Shown: positions 39,230-53,020, numbered from the stretch's first letter. The stretch: 64,000 nt of DNA from Rhina ancylostomus (GCA_030265395.1 JARFYF010000118.1:24506081-24570080), one strand, 5' to 3'. Made by a program: numbers and translations. Notes: generated from the letters alone by a model not told the origin.

Positions 39230-39710
39230 GCAAGTATAAAAGTCTTACTATAACTGGTATTGGTGAGACCTTACCTATATACAGTACTCCAGTTTTGGTC
39301 TCATTTAAAGAAAGATTTACTTATTTTGGAGGCTCTTCAAAGAAAGTTCATTAGGTTGATTGAGGAAAGGTTGGCTTCAGAAGAAGGTAAATTTATGGCA
39401 ACATATAGGATTACAAAAGAGGTTTGAGAGGATAGATGCTGAGGGGATATTTATAGCTGGGTGAATGGGAGCATAGTTGCAGCATAACGGATTGCCTGTT
39501 TAAGATGGAGATAAAGAGGAATTTCTCAAAGAGTTTGGATCTTTGGGATTCTCTAACTCAGGCAGGGATGTGGAGATTGGGTCACTGAATATATTCAAGG
39601 CCAAAACATTTTTGGACTGTCAAGGGTTATGGGCAACAGCCAGCAAAATGGAGCTGAGGCCAAGATCAGGTCAGCACTGCCCCACTCCTGTTTCTTATGT
39701 TCTCATGAAG
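39230..39710 (+). mobile_element. Degenerate CR1 3' fragment
   Basis: ttggtgagacc...cagttttggtc...gttcattaggttgat...ggagataaagaggaatttct. Confidence 0.6.
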
Positions 39711-40989
39711 GAAAAAGATCATGGGGGATTGGAAGGCAGTGGGGTGGGGAAGGGATGGAGGAGTTAAAGACAGCAGAGGATTTATTTGAGGGTTGGTCTT
39801 TCCATTTCCTCTGGCAAAGAATTAACACAGGGCAAGTACCTAGCTGCTAGATCTGGAAGTAGTGGCCTCTCTTAAGTTGCTGGATTCTACTACAGTTACC
39901 ATTGTTAGAACAGTGTGGAAAACCCTCCATTGCACAAGCTCACTGTACCAAACTCAAGCCAAGTTCACAGCTGGATGAATTATTCACTCAACCTTCAACA
40001 TTTCATGGCCAGAAAGGAAAGAACCTTTTATTTAATCACTAACTGAACTTTTCCTGCAGATTAAATAAATCCACTCCAATGTTTATCAGCAAATGTTCTA
40101 AGAAAACACTCTCAAGAAAAATTAGAAAGCAAAAAGAACAAAAGCCTGCACTGAATCAGGGTCTTTAACAGCATAAAACATTCCAAGGTGTTCCACAGGA
40201 GACAATAACTGATGATCAGCCAAAGAACATATTAGAACCATGTCCAAAGCAATAATGGATTGTGCTGGGTTGGAGTTGGATAAGCTCAGATTTCTCAGTT
40301 CTTCTTGGCAGTTGTTAATTGATCAATACTGCTGTAGGTAAATTGCCTGCAACATTTGCCTACATGAGGACAATTAGTATGCTTCAAAGTCACTTGTTAT
40401 GAAGAGATTTGGGATCTACAAAGATATCAACAATACGCTTAATAAATTCAGGTTTTATGCTCTATAGAAAAAAGTTTGTGGATATGAAAGTTTAATGAAA
40501 CATCCTATTCCAAATGCAATTTAATTTTTTTTCAGAAATTAGTAGTTTTGATGTACATTTGATTGAAGTGAAATGTGATAGATGGGCCCTGCTTTTCGAT
40601 TTGAATAACGGTGGGGCTAACAGAATTTACTATCCTAATGGAGTTAATTGGAGAGAAACCTCTGGCATCTGCAAGTAAACGGGCAAGCATGAAAATCAGG
40701 AAGCTACTATCTGAGTGATCCTGCTTGGCTACAAGCTGTGTTGTTGCACGAGCTCAATGCATGAGTTGTGTTAATGTGATATACATATAGGGTTTGTCCA
40801 CTCAAGTATGAAGTTTTTTTAATGATGTCATGCACCTTAATTATAACCAACCAACCTGCCTGGAACTGAAAACTAACTTTTACAATTATGGAGTTTCATT
40901 GTTACAGATTTACTATGATTGGAAATTTTAAAAATAAAACCGAAGACATTTTTTTTCTCCTTTCTACCTCTGGCCTTAACTTCTCTTCT

Positions 40990-42660
40990 GTGCTAGTTCC
41001 CAATAACCCTCAATTCTTCAGTTTTTCAAATATTTATCTATCTCCACCTTAAATATCTCTCAAGATCTGGCCTCCACCACCCTCAGGAGCAGAAAATTTC
41101 AGAGATTCATTACTCTCTGAGAGAAAAAATTTCTACACACCTCATTTTTAATTAACCACCCCACTTACTGTAGCTATGTCCCTTTGTTCATGTCTCTCTC
41201 ATTAGTGAAAACATCTCAAAACTGACTCTGTCAAGCCCCCTTGGGATCTTATATGTTTTAATGAGGACACCCCCCCCCCATTCTTCTAAACGCGAAGGAA
41301 TGCATACCCAAACTGTTTAGCTTCTGTTGAGTGGACAACCCTCTCATTCCAGGAATTAGCCTGGTAAATCTCATTTGGGCTGCCTCCAATGCTATTATAT
41401 CCCTTTTTTTTTAATGTAAGGAGACCAAAACTGTACACTATTCCAGGCATGGCCTCATCAACACCCCATACAACTATAACAAAACATCCCTATGCCCAAA
41501 TTCCAACCCCTTTGTAATAAAGGCCAACATTTCTTAACTACTCGTTGGACCTGACTGCTAATTTTTGTGATTCATGCACTAGAATGCCAAATCCCTCTGA
41601 ACTTCATCATTTGCAGTCTCATTTCATTTAAATAATAATCTGCCTTTTGATTCCTCATAACAAAGTGCATGACCTCACATTTCCCCCAATCACACCATCT
41701 ATCTGCAGAATGACAATGTCTTCATCTCTGATTTTTGTAGCATTGGCAAACTTGGAAACCTTACATTTTGTTCCCTTCTCCAGATCATTAATGTAAAAAG
41801 GAAACAATTGAGGGCCACAAACCGTCCCTGGGGTACTCCATCCAGCCTGAAAAGGACCCGTTCATTCCAACTCTGTTTTCTATGTGACAACCAGTTTTCA
41901 ATCCTCGTTAACACCTTTCCTCCAATAGCCTGGGCTCTTAATTGATGCACCACATCTTATGTGGCGCCATGTCTAAATACACTACATTAACAGGTTCCCC
42001 TTCATCAACTCTCCCTCTCACATCTTCAAAGAATTTGAGAAAAATTGTCAAACATGATTTACCTTTCATAAAACAATGATGACTTAGCTTAATTATATTC
42101 GGCTTTCCAAAATGATTAGTTACTTCCTATTTGATTATTGACTCTAGTATCTTGCCAACAGTAAATGTTAAACTAACTGCGCTATGGTTCTCCACCTTCT
42201 GTCTTTATCTTTGTTGAACAAGGGAGTCATATTGGCTGTTTTCTAATCTTCTGGTCTCATACCTGAATTTAGCAAATTATGAAAAATTTCAACCAACGGA
42301 TCCATTATCTCTGCAGCCACTTCTTATAAGACTTTTGGGACAGGCTATCAGATCTTGATGATTAGTCCTTTTTTCTATCTATGAGTTTCTCTAATACTTT
42401 ATTTGAGATTTTTACAAGTTCCTCACTGTTATGTAAAATTAGCCATCCGTTGCCTTAGGCAGATTTGCAGTGTCTTCCATGGTGAAAACTGATGCAAAAG
42501 ATACTTTAACATATTTGCCATTTCTTTGTTTCCCATTATTAATTCATCAGCCTCATTCTTTCGACATCCATCATGAACATAAACCACCTTCTTCCTACTT
42601 TATATACTCTTAACTGTTTGATATTACACACAAGTTTTCTATCAAAATCAATGTTCTCTC
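40990..42660 (-). mobile_element. Older CR1 LINE (RT and 3' region)
   Basis: KVLTRIENWLSHRKQ and GVPQG remnants, plus aaacatgatttacctttcataaaacaatg. Confidence 0.7.
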
Positions 42661-42664
42661 TTAG

Positions 42665-43437
42665 ATTCTTAGAATCATACAGCATGGAAAAAGGTCCTTT
42701 GGCCCAAATGGTCCATGCCGACCAAGATTCCCATCTAAGCTAGTCCCATTTGCCTATGTTTGCCCCATATCCCTCAAAACCTTTCATATCCATGTACCTG
42801 TCCAAGTACCTTTTAAATGTTGTTAATGTACCTGCCTCAACCACTTCCTCTGGCAACTCATTCCATATGCTGACCAGTCTCTGGGTGGGAAAAGTTGCCC
42901 CTCAGGATCCCATTAAATCTCCCCCCTCACCTTAAACCTATGCCCTCTAATTTTTGATTGCCCAGCCGTGGGTAAACGGCTGTGTGCACTGACCTATGCC
43001 TTCATGATTTTATTCACCTCTATAAGATCATCTATGCTCCAATGAAAAAAGTCCCAACCTGCTCAACCTCTCTCCATGACTCAGTCCCTCGAGTCCCGGC
43101 AACATCCTGGTAGATCTCCTCTGCATTCTTTCCAGCTTAATTACATTTTTGCTATAGCAGGGTGACCAAAACTGAACACAATATTCCAAATGTGGTCTCA
43201 CCAACATCTTGTACAACTGCAACATAACACCCCAACTTCTATGCTTAGTGCCCTGACTGATGAAGGCCCACGTGCCAAATACCTTCTTCACCACACTGTC
43301 CACCTCTGACACTGCTTTCAGGGAACCATGTACTTGTACTCCTAGGTCCCTCAGTTCTGCAATGCCCCCCAGAAACCTACCATTCTCTGTGAAAGTCCTA
43401 CCCTCATTTGTCTTCCCAAAATGCAACACTTCAAAGC
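42665..43437 (-). mobile_element. Younger 5'-truncated CR1 LINE
   Basis: 152-aa ORF with EVLHFGKTN...RDLGVQVH.SLK...LVRPHLEYCVQFWSP...LERMQRR...LGLFSLE. Confidence 0.9.
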
Positions 43438-43614
43438 TATGGCTATTCAGGGATGTTGAGTGAAAGCAACTGACAAAATCTATCATTGTTCAAAGGGAGC
43501 TGGATATGTTCTTGAAAGGAAAATCAAATGTTGCAGGGCTATTGAGAGTGGGATCAACTGGATTGTTCTTGCATTGAGATGACATGGACTTGATGGGCAC
43601 AGGAATGTCAGAAG

Positions 43615-43710
43615 CTGCAGAGCATAGTGGACTCTGCCCAATACATCACGGGCACATCCCTCCCCACTATTGGGAGTGTCTACGGGAGGAGCTGTCTCAA
43701 GAAGGCAACT
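43615..43710 (+). mobile_element. Rex1/Babar LINE fragment
   Basis: LQSIVDSAQYITGTSLPTIGSVYGRSCLKKA resembles the Rex1 C-terminal region. Confidence 0.6.
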
Positions 43711-43810
43711 NNNNNNNNNNNNNNNNNNNNNNNNNNNNNNNNNNNNNNNNNNNNNNNNNNNNNNNNNNNNNNNNNNNNNNNNNNNNNNNNNNNNNNNNNN
43801 NNNNNNNNNN

Positions 43811-45010
43811 ATGTACTTGCACTCTTAGTTCCCTCTGTTCTATAACACTTCCCAGGCTCTACCTTTCACTACAAAAGTCCTACCCTCATTTATCTTCCCA
43901 AAATGCAACACCTCACACTTATCCAAATTAAATTCCCTTCTCCATTCCTTGACCCACTTACCCAGCTGTTCAAGATCCCTCTGTAAATCCTGATAACCAT
44001 CTTCACTGTCTATGACACCACCTATTTTAGTATCATCCTTCTTATGAGCTTTTGAGTCTTTTGCTGCTGGATCTTCCAAACTTTCTGGTTCTCTGGCTTA
44101 CCACTAGTCCTTACCACTTTCTATGCCCTACTTTGCAATTTAACCTTATCCTTGACCTCCTTTGTTAACAGATTATACAGCTTTCTCATGGAATCCCTCT
44201 TTCTAAATAGGATAAATTCTGCTGAGTGTTATGGAGCAGTTGTTTGAACATCTGCTGCTGTTCACCTACTGACCTGTCTCTTAGTTTATTTCTCTAGACC
44301 ACCTCTACCTTTACACCATTATAATTGCCCTTACTTAAGTTAAAGACAGTGCTTCTGGTCCTTTGGTGTTCACCCTCAAACTGCATCTGGAATTCTATCA
44401 TACTGCGGTCAATACCACCTCGGGGATTTTTAACCACAGGATCTCTAATCAATCCTTCCCCATTACATTTGACCAAATCTAAAATAGCCTGCCCTGGGTA
44501 GGTTCCATAACATCCTCTTCTAAGAAGTGATCCCTGACACACTCCACGAATTCTTTTATAATACTCTTACCAATTTGTTCTATCCAATCAATATGTAGAC
44601 TAACATTTTCCATAACAATTGTCGTTCTCTTCAAACATGCCCAAGGTAGTTCCCTGTTATTGTTCCGCCCTACCAAGAGGGCGCATTTGGTGGCTATAGA
44701 CTACTTCCACCTATATCGTCTTTCCCCTGTTATTCATCATTTTAACCCACACTAATCCTACAATTTACTCACTGCCTCTATATCTCGATTCAATACTATT
44801 CTGATACCTTCTTTGATTAACAAGGTTACCCAGCTTCCTTTCCTTTTTGGTCTGTTCTTTTGGAACATTGTACAATCTGGAATTTTGAGCACCTGGTCTT
44901 GATCACCCTGCAACCATGTCTCTGTAATAGCTATTAGATCATACCCATATGGTACTATCTGTGCTGTCAACTCATCTATTTTATTGCAAATGCTATATTC
45001 ATGCAAGACT
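43811..45010 (-). mobile_element. CR1 fragments: RT C-terminus (43811-44038) and APE endonuclease (about 44040-45010)
   Basis: DDTKIGG..DSEDGYQDLQRDLEQL.KW...EFN.DKCEVLHFG; SICNKIDEL...YDLIAITETWL; AILDLV.CN..GLI. Confidence 0.85.
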
Positions 45011-45470
45011 CTTGAGCTTTGATTTCCTGCAGTTATTCTTCAAATATTTCTGTGGTACTTGTTGCTGAGTGTCATTTTAGACAAATTGCAAAGGATTATT
45101 AATTTGTGAAAAAAAAATCTGTAACAATTAGGAGGCAAGAATAGCATACATATTTCAGCAGGGAGATATCTTTAGCATGAGGTTATGCAAAAGCTTCAAA
45201 TGAATAGACTGTCAGTTCTGCAAGCATGCTCTGCCATTCAATTAGGTACTGTTTCACCTGAATCTCCAGCAATGTAGGTAAGGAGCATGCCATTCAAGGC
45301 CTCACGTTTGTTCCACCATTCAATGACAGCAAGGCTGACCTATTAGCTAATCTAATGTGCTTTTACTATATACTTTTCTTCCATATCCCGTAATTTAATT
45401 AGCTCATAAAAATACAACTATCTCATACTGAAAGTGCCATTTGTAGAAGCTAGTTCCATATTTCAGCCAC

Positions 45471-45640
45471 AAACAATCTGCTGGAGGAAGTCAGTGGGTT
45501 GAGCAGTATCTGTGGAGGGAAAGGAATTGTCAGGATTTTGGATTGAGTCCTCAAACCCCCTAGCAGATGCTGTTCAACCCACTGACTTCCTCCAGCAGTT
45601 TGTTTGTTGCTCCAGATCCCAGCATCTGCAGTCTCGTGTA
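45471..45640. repeat. Penelope terminal-repeat-derived palindromic element with 42-bp inverted arms (45471-45512 and 45564-45605)
   Basis: The arms match at 39 of 42 positions when read directly. Confidence 0.85.
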
Positions 45641-45689
45641 TATTTGGACTACTGGGAGTCCGGGTTCTAACTGTTAGTCTTATTCTAAT

Positions 45690-46420
45690 CTCACCAGTTC
45701 TCATCCTCCTTTAATTTCTCCCCTTCATAAGAACTCCATGAGCCATACTTGTGGTCACCTCCTTGACCTTGCCATCTCACAGTCCATCATCTCAATCAAA
45801 GGTAGGGCTATCACTTCCTCAGATTACTGTCCACCTACATTCTTCCAGCTCCACTTCTTCTGTAGACATGCCTGGGAAAAGTTGTCTTCCATATCACTAA
45901 TGGACATTCAAATTTTCAGCCTTCTAGCATTTGGCCTTCAATTTCCCATGACATTTTAGCAGCTATCAATTGGCCCTACCATACATACAAACCCATATTC
46001 TATGCCCTTGTCCCTATTAAAACTATTACTCCCTGTTACACTGGTCATTTCTTCATTTATCTCATTTTTCTTAGTGCAACAGGCAGAGACTTCAATGGAT
46101 ATAGTGCACAACTAGTGAAGTCATTCATCACCAGATCTTGAGGGACCAAATAAAGCAATATGAAGCCCTGCAGTTGTGTGCCAAAATTGCTGACTATTCC
46201 AAGCCCATGTTTTAAAGAAAAACTGGGTCATTTTCTTTCATTTCTTCTTGAAATACCCTTGCCTCTCTCCTCCTGATACATCTCCAACAACTGTGCCTCT
46301 CTCCTCCAGGGATCAGTGAGAAAGTTATAGTTCTTCAAGGAGGCTCTGCACACATCCTGGAATCTCTTCATTCATCTGTCTACAATTACTCCCACAATAT
46401 TTAACCATGCTAATATGGCA
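45690..46420 (+). mobile_element. Degenerate L2-like LINE fragment
   Basis: SHTCGHLLDLAIS resembles the TH..GH.LDL endonuclease C-terminal motif. Confidence 0.5.
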
Positions 46421-46469
46421 TCAATTTTTCATTCTCAAGCATTCCAGCAATGAATTTGAGAGGTTTTTT

Positions 46470-47045
46470 TTCCCCACACAGGGCCCAACCCCTCAGTGTC
46501 CAATGGCAGGTAAGCCCTAAAATGGCCTTTCCCCACAGAGAACTATGCCAGCAGCATCGATCTTCACTGTGTCCCACAGCAGCTCTGTAACGTGCCAGTC
46601 TGCAAAATTTGGTTGTGGATAGCTCCTTGCATTGGAAGACCAGCAAATTTTTAAACACACAAAAATGTGTCTTTTACAAAGTTAATGATCTTCCAACAGC
46701 AGTCAAGCTTTGTCTCGGAGTACGTCCCTAAGAACATCTCATACAGCACAGAGTCCTGAGTTATGCAGCTGGTCAGGCTGAATCTCAACAAAAGCCCTCC
46801 TTTTCTAGACCTTCTTGGCAAACACACAATCTAAAAGGAGATAGATGATCTCATTCCCCCACAGCCATCTCTAGGACAGCGCGTGATGGTATTGAGTTCC
46901 CAGGAACAGGTGGGGAGGGCCCTTGACACCACCAGCCAACTAAGGTCTTGAGGTTTGAAAGTTCTGGTGATAGGGTATTCTGTCAAATGACTTTGACAGT
47001 CTGCGTGGGTAGCCATGTGACATGGACCACCATCTCCTTCCCTCA
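46470..47045 (-). mobile_element. Tx1/L1-clade LINE ORF2 C-terminal zinc-finger region
   Basis: QDLSWLVVSRALP...RCPRDGCGG and a terminal ...SLWGK motif. Confidence 0.7.
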
Positions 47046-47074
47046 CAATATCTCAAGAACATTCCATACAGGCC

Positions 47075-47215
47075 ACAGGAGACACTAGAGAATGCAGATG
47101 CTGGAACCTAGAGTAAAATACAAAATGCTGGTGGAACTCAGCAGGTCAGGCAGCATCTGTGGAGAGAAATGGAGAGTCAACAGTTCAGGTCAAGACCCTT
47201 CATCTGGACCCTTCA
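47075..47215 (-). mobile_element. Penelope terminal-repeat-derived element with a decayed hammerhead motif
   Basis: gcagatgctggaa...ggaactcagcaggtcaggcagcatctg...gagtcaacagttcaggtcaagacccttcatctggac. Confidence 0.6.
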
Positions 47216-47299
47216 GATAGGCCTCTATCTGACTGATGTAGACAAAGGTATTCCTTTAGAATGGCTAGGGCCCATCCTTTGCAAAAATTGGGGACAGGT

Positions 47300-47910
47300 A
47301 CAACCTGAGCAAGTGGTGATACTCAAGTGAGCAAATAATGTAAGAGCAGGGAGTTTATACTACAACTATGTAGTAGTGAGGCTAAAACATGAGTACTGAG
47401 TACAGTACTGTTCACTACATGAAAAATGTGACTGCATTGGAGAGGATGCAGAAGAGATTTATGAGAATGTTGCCAGGCCAAGAAATTTTAATTATGAAGA
47501 AAGATTGGATGAGCTTGGGCTAAAATTGTTTCCTTTGGAACAGACGAGATTAGAAGAAAACTTAGCTACATAAAACCATGAGAGGCCAAGAAGAAATAAA
47601 AAGAGGAGATCTACTTCCCTTAGCTGAGGAGTCAGAAGCCAGGGAGTACAGATTTAGTTGGTACAAGGATTAGTAGGGTAATGAAGAAAACTTTGTTCAC
47701 GTAGAGGATGGTAGGGTTCTGTAACTCAGTGCTTGAATGGATGGTAGAGGTAGAAACATCACATTTAAACTGTACTTAGGTGAGCAGCTAAACATCTGTG
47801 ACCTGCAGGGCGGTAGAAGCAGTGCAGGACTGTGGGAAATAGGTAGCTGTTTTCAAATGCCACAAACGTGATGATCTGAATCGCCCTTTGTGTAATATTT
47901 TTCATTATGA
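47300..47910 (+). mobile_element. Degenerate CR1 3' fragment
   Basis: gcattggagaggatgcagaagagatttatgagaatgttgccagg encodes ALERMQKRFMRMLP. Confidence 0.7.
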
Positions 47911-48189
47911 TTCTAGTATCAAGTTTATGCCAGTTCTCTGCAGAACCACCAGTTGGTCCCATTCACCCTGCTAACCCCTCAAATGCTCAAATGCCCTGCA
48001 AAATATTCAATTCCATTCACCAATCCTCAACAAATGAAGCTGCCCCAAGTCCCTCTAATCCTCCACACTTTGAGTCATAGAGAAGCAGACCTTTTAGCAC
48101 ACCAAGCCCATGCCTCCCAACAACCACCCTAGTATACCAATCCCACTCTTTATTTTGCCATTNNNNNNNNNNNNNAAGATATTACCAAA

Positions 48190-48365
48190 AACTTACCCAC
48201 TAGGGGTAATTTACAGTGACAGTTACCCTGCCAATCCGCATGTCTTTAGGTTGTGGGAAGAAACAAGAGCACCCAGAGGTCACAAGGAGAACATGCAAAC
48301 TCCACACAGATAGCACCCAAGGTCAGGAATGAATCTGGTGCTGTGAGGCAGCATCTATGCTAGCT
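48190..48365 (-). mobile_element. V-SINE copy
   Basis: gagaacatgcaaactccacacagatagcac...ctgtgaggcagc is the reverse of the 21779 element. Confidence 0.7.
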
Positions 48366-48494
48366 ATCTTTAGAACAGTGCCAGTAAGCCTTTCATTGAC
48401 TCCCTCCATCCTTTCTACTCAAAATACATCAACTCAAACTTTTCTGTGTTAATTTCCATCTGGCGTGTCTGTTCATGCCCACATTGGATGGAAT

Positions 48495-49243
48495 AGAACA
48501 TAGAACAGAAAACAGTACAGCACAGGAATAGGCCCTTCAGCCCATGATGCTGTGCCAAACTAATTAAACATAGTTAAATGCTTAACTAAACTATTTCCTT
48601 CTGCATACATAATGTCCATATCCCTCCATTTTCTATGTATTCATGTGCCTATCTGAGAGCCTCTTAAACACTTCTATCATATTTGCCTCCATGACCACTC
48701 CTGGCAGCGCATTCCAGGCACCCACCACTCTCTATGTAAAAAAAAACTTGCCCGACACATCTCCTTTGAACTTACCCTTTCACTTTAAATGCATGCCCTC
48801 TAATACTCGACCCTGGGAAAAAGATACTAGTTTTCTACTCTATTTATGCCTCTCATAATCTTATAAACTTCTATCAGGTCTCCCCTGATCCTCCACTGGT
48901 CCAGAGAAAATAACACAAGTTCATCCAACCTCTCCTCATAGCACATGCCCTCTAATCCAGGCAACATCCTATTAGCCTCTTCTGCATCCTCTCCAAAGCC
49001 TCCACATCCTTCCTGGAATAGGATGACCAGAATTGAATGCAATACTCCAAATGAGGCCTAATCAGAGTTTTATAAAGCTGCAATATAACTTCCTGTCTCT
49101 TGAACTTGATGCTTTGACTAATAAAGTCAAGCATGTCACACGCCTTCTTTACTACCCCATCAACCTGTGCAGTCACTTTCAGGGAGCCATGGACTTGGAC
49201 CCCAAGATCTCTCTGTACATCAATGTTGTTAAGGGCCCTGCCC
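48495..49243 (-). mobile_element. 5'-truncated CR1 LINE with catagaa tail
   Basis: LQLYKTLIRPHLEYCIQFWS.YSRKDVEALERMQKR and [13 protein letters not shown]. Confidence 0.9.
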
Positions 49244-49484
49244 TTAAGGATAAGGAAACTTTAATACAGGCCATCCCTAGGTTATTAAAACTTCTGTGGT
49301 CAATTTTGTCTACGTCAGAAAACACACAGAAATCACCTGATATGATGACCACATCTCCACAGTATTGTGATGAATGGCATCAAAAACACACTAGACTGAT
49401 AAGAAAGAACAATTACTAAAAGTGGAGAGAGAAAGGAAATTAGTCCTGCTGTTCAAACTTTTGAATTTAATATTATGGGAGCTC

Positions 49485-49540
49485 GCTCGTATCTACGGGT
49501 GTCCATAAGTCAGATGTTTGTAACCCGGGGACAGTTTGTA
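49485..49540. mobile_element. Possible Tigger/pogo-type terminal inverted repeat remnant
   Basis: gtaacccggggacagtttgta ends in TA like TcMar-Tigger termini. No partner repeat was found. Confidence 0.35.
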
Positions 49541-49591
49541 TACTTATCTTGCTCTGTTTCTTGAAAAATCCTATGATGGAAGACTGAAGTG

Positions 49592-49890
49592 AACATAGAA
49601 CACTACAGTATGGTACAGGCCCTTCGGCCCACAACATTGTGCCGAAATTTTATCCTGCCCTAAGATCTAACACTTCCCTCCCACATAGCCCCCTATTTTT
49701 CTGTCATTCATGTGTCAATCTAAGAGTCTCTTAAATGTCCCTAATGTATCTGCCCCCACAACCTCTGCTGACAGTGCGTGCCATGCACCCACCACTCTCT
49801 ATGTAAAAAACTTACCCCTGACATCACCCCATACCTTCCTCCAATCACCTTAAAATTATGTCCCCTCATGTTAGCCATTGTCACAGTGGG
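49592..49890 (-). mobile_element. Short CR1 3' end, same subfamily as 62755-63180
   Basis: gaacatagaac tail and shared ttttatcctgc.ctaa..tct...cttccctcccacatagccc. Confidence 0.85.
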
Positions 49891-50809
49891 AAAAATTGTT
49901 CTGCATTCTTGCTGTATGTGCAGATAGCAGCCAGTAATANNNNNNNNNNNNNNNNNNNNNNNNNNNNNNNNNNNNNNNNNNNNNNNNNNNNNNNNNNNNN
50001 NNNNNNNNNNNNNNNNNNNNNNNNNNNNNNNNNNNNNNNNNNNNNNNNNNNNNNNNNNNNNNNNNNNNNNNNNNNNNNNNNNNNNNNNNNNNNNNNNNNN
50101 AAAGCAATTAAGTGCTAAATTGTGAAGTAAAATTTTGGTTGGCAATAAAACAAAATTAATGGAATTAGAAAATGTGTGACATGTGACTTGTATTAAAGTA
50201 GCAGTCATTTTTTTAAAAAAATGGAACAGGTAAAAGCAAAAGCAAAGCAGTGCAAAGTCCAGCAGGAATTGTGAAGAGGGATATAAATATAATTTAGAGA
50301 ATTTTCCATGACTGCTCCTGCCTTCATCCCTTTGGGAGGTTACTATCTATTGAAATAGGTCCCACTTCCCACTCTGCTGTTGATATAAGAAAGATTTTGG
50401 CTCCTATCATTGATCCTACAGGATGTGTTCACATTTACTCTTGGATAAACAGACCACTAAGGAAAACATGGAAAGTACTCCAGTCTGTGTGGCAGAAGTT
50501 AATGAAATAAACACAAAAGGTCAGTGAAGTGCAGTGTCAAATTTGCCCAAGCTGGGGAGTAAAGAATTCTCAACAAAGCATAACTACCTACCTCAAGAGA
50601 AACAGGGGTAAATGAAGGGGAAAGGAGAGTTAATGTCATTAGAAAATAAGTGATAAACATATCTGAATACAGCAAAATGACATGAAAAAAACTAATTCAT
50701 GAAACTGTAAACTATCTCAAAGCATCATACCAAGTATAGTACAATCAGGACTTTGAGCAGTACAGCTTGCTCTGGTCAGGAAGTCAGCCTTATGAAACAA
50801 ATGTAAAAG

Positions 50810-52730
50810 GACACAAGAAAGTAGGAGCATGAGTAGACCACTTGGCCCCTCAAGCCTACTCTCCCATTCAATATGATCATGGTTAATCTTTACTGGCCTC
50901 CTCTTCTGTGCCAGTTTCCCTTAACCCTTAATTCCTTGATCTTTTAAACACCTATCCACTCCACCGGAATCTAATGATCTGGCCTCAACCACCATCAGGG
51001 GCAGGAAGTTCCAGATTTACTACCTCTGAGAGAAGAAATTCCTTCTTGATTTACTCCTAAAGGGACAATTGCTTGTTTTGGATTGAAGTGCATAAAGTTA
51101 GGGTAAAGAGAGCAATATTCTTCCAATCCAATTCGGCTCTCATCAGTTTTTCCTTTAAAAGCTGGGTGGATATATTTATTACTTGAATCAAATACAATAC
51201 TATGGTAATTTGCTTAGCTATTAATATAAAACACACTCTACTTATCTCTTTATTACTACATTAAACATCAACATTTTTTCAGAACATAAGAAATAGGAGC
51301 AGAAGTAGGCCACTCAGCTCCTTAAACCTCTTCTGCCATTCCACAACACCATCTCTGATTCTTTCTCTCAGCAACATTTTCCTGCACTATTTCCATATCT
51401 CTTAATACATCTAAAAGCCACAAATGTATTGATCTGTGTTTTGAATGACTAAAGCCTCCATATTCTTCTTGGGTATAGAGTTCCAAAGATCCACCACCCG
51501 AGTGATGAAATCTTTCCTTGTTTCAGTCCTAAAAGGACATTCCCTTATTTTGAGATTGTGACCCCTAGTTCTCAACTTCTCAGCTAGAGATAACATCCTC
51601 CCCGCACCCATCCTATCCAGCCCTGTAAGAATTTTGTATGTCTCAATAAGGTCGCTTTCCCTCTCACTCTTCTAAACACTAAAAACTCTAAAGAGGGTAA
51701 CCTATTTAGTCTTTTTCACATGACAAAGCCAGCATCCCAGGAACCAGTCAGCTGAACCTTTGCTGCATTCCCATTATAGCAAATTCATCCTATTTTGAGG
51801 CAAAGATTCTACCTAATATTCACTAGAGCCCTATATTATTATAGTGAAATATCTTTACTCCTGTATTCAAATCCTCTTCCCATAACGGCTAACAGACCAT
51901 TCTCCATCTGCTAACCAGCTATCACTCATTCAGCTTGACTATATCCACTTGAAACCTCTGCATCCCCATCACTATCCACATTCCGATTTCTTTTCATGTC
52001 ACCAGCAAAGTTGGAAATATCACATTTGGTCCCCTCAGCCAAATTGTGAATACGTGAGGCCAAACACCAATCCCTGCAGTAACCCATTAGTAACAGGCTG
52101 CCAACCTGAGAAAACCCATTTATTACTTCTTGTTTGCATTCTACCGCTTACAATTAATCTAGTAGTCTATTAATATAATGCATACTCCAATAATCTCTAC
52201 AGGAGGCATATCATATTACTGAAATAAACACAATAGTAAAAGGAAAAACACACAAGCAGTCTATTTAAGATCATAAAGCTTGCATTAGAGGACCAGAAAC
52301 AGAGGTAGGTCATACAACCAGTCAAGTGAGACCCATTCAACAAGGTCATGCCTGATCATGTGCCATCTTCCCATCTGATCTCCTCATTCTAACAGTCCCA
52401 GTTCATAGTACATACAACAACAAAGCATCTAATGGCCTCTGAGGTTGAGAATTCTCTACATGGAAAAATCTTAAGTAGCCAAACCCTTATCTTGAAATTA
52501 AAGCAAGTAGTCCTGGTCTCTCGTGCCAGAGGATAACTGCCTTTCAGCAGATTCCCTGTCAACTTTCCCAGATTTTTGTATGCACCTCTCATTCTTCTGA
52601 ACTTAAGAGAGTATAAGCCAAAATTATTTACTCTTTCTAACAGGACAACCTCATCCCCGCAGGAATCTACACTGCACTAATTCCAAGGCAAAGATACCCT
52701 TCCTTCGATGTAGTGATCAGAATGGTGCTC
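50810..52730 (-). mobile_element. Cluster of degenerate CR1 3' fragments (about 50810-51080, 51285-52150, 52270-52730)
   Basis: RTRGHNLKIR..PFRTETRKDF..RVVDLWNS and aacataagaaataggagc tails. Confidence 0.65.
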
Positions 52731-53020
52731 TAGATCATCAACCACTACATGGATCTCCAAAGTTTAGTAGTTTCACACCTTTTGAAAAAAAATGTTTGCG
52801 TATTCTTCCTACCCTCATATTTCCCGCGTTATGTAGATTCTTTCCTTCCACCTTATGGGTTACATTCCCATTAGCAAACTTTGGTTTCAGAATGGCACTA
52901 AACCAACTTAACTGGTTTTTCACATTCTTGCTTTCTACAAAGGAACAAAAAAATAGGAGCAGAAGAAGGCTACCACTGATATGAGATTAAAGCAAGAAGC
53001 ACACAGAGGGACTTACTTAC

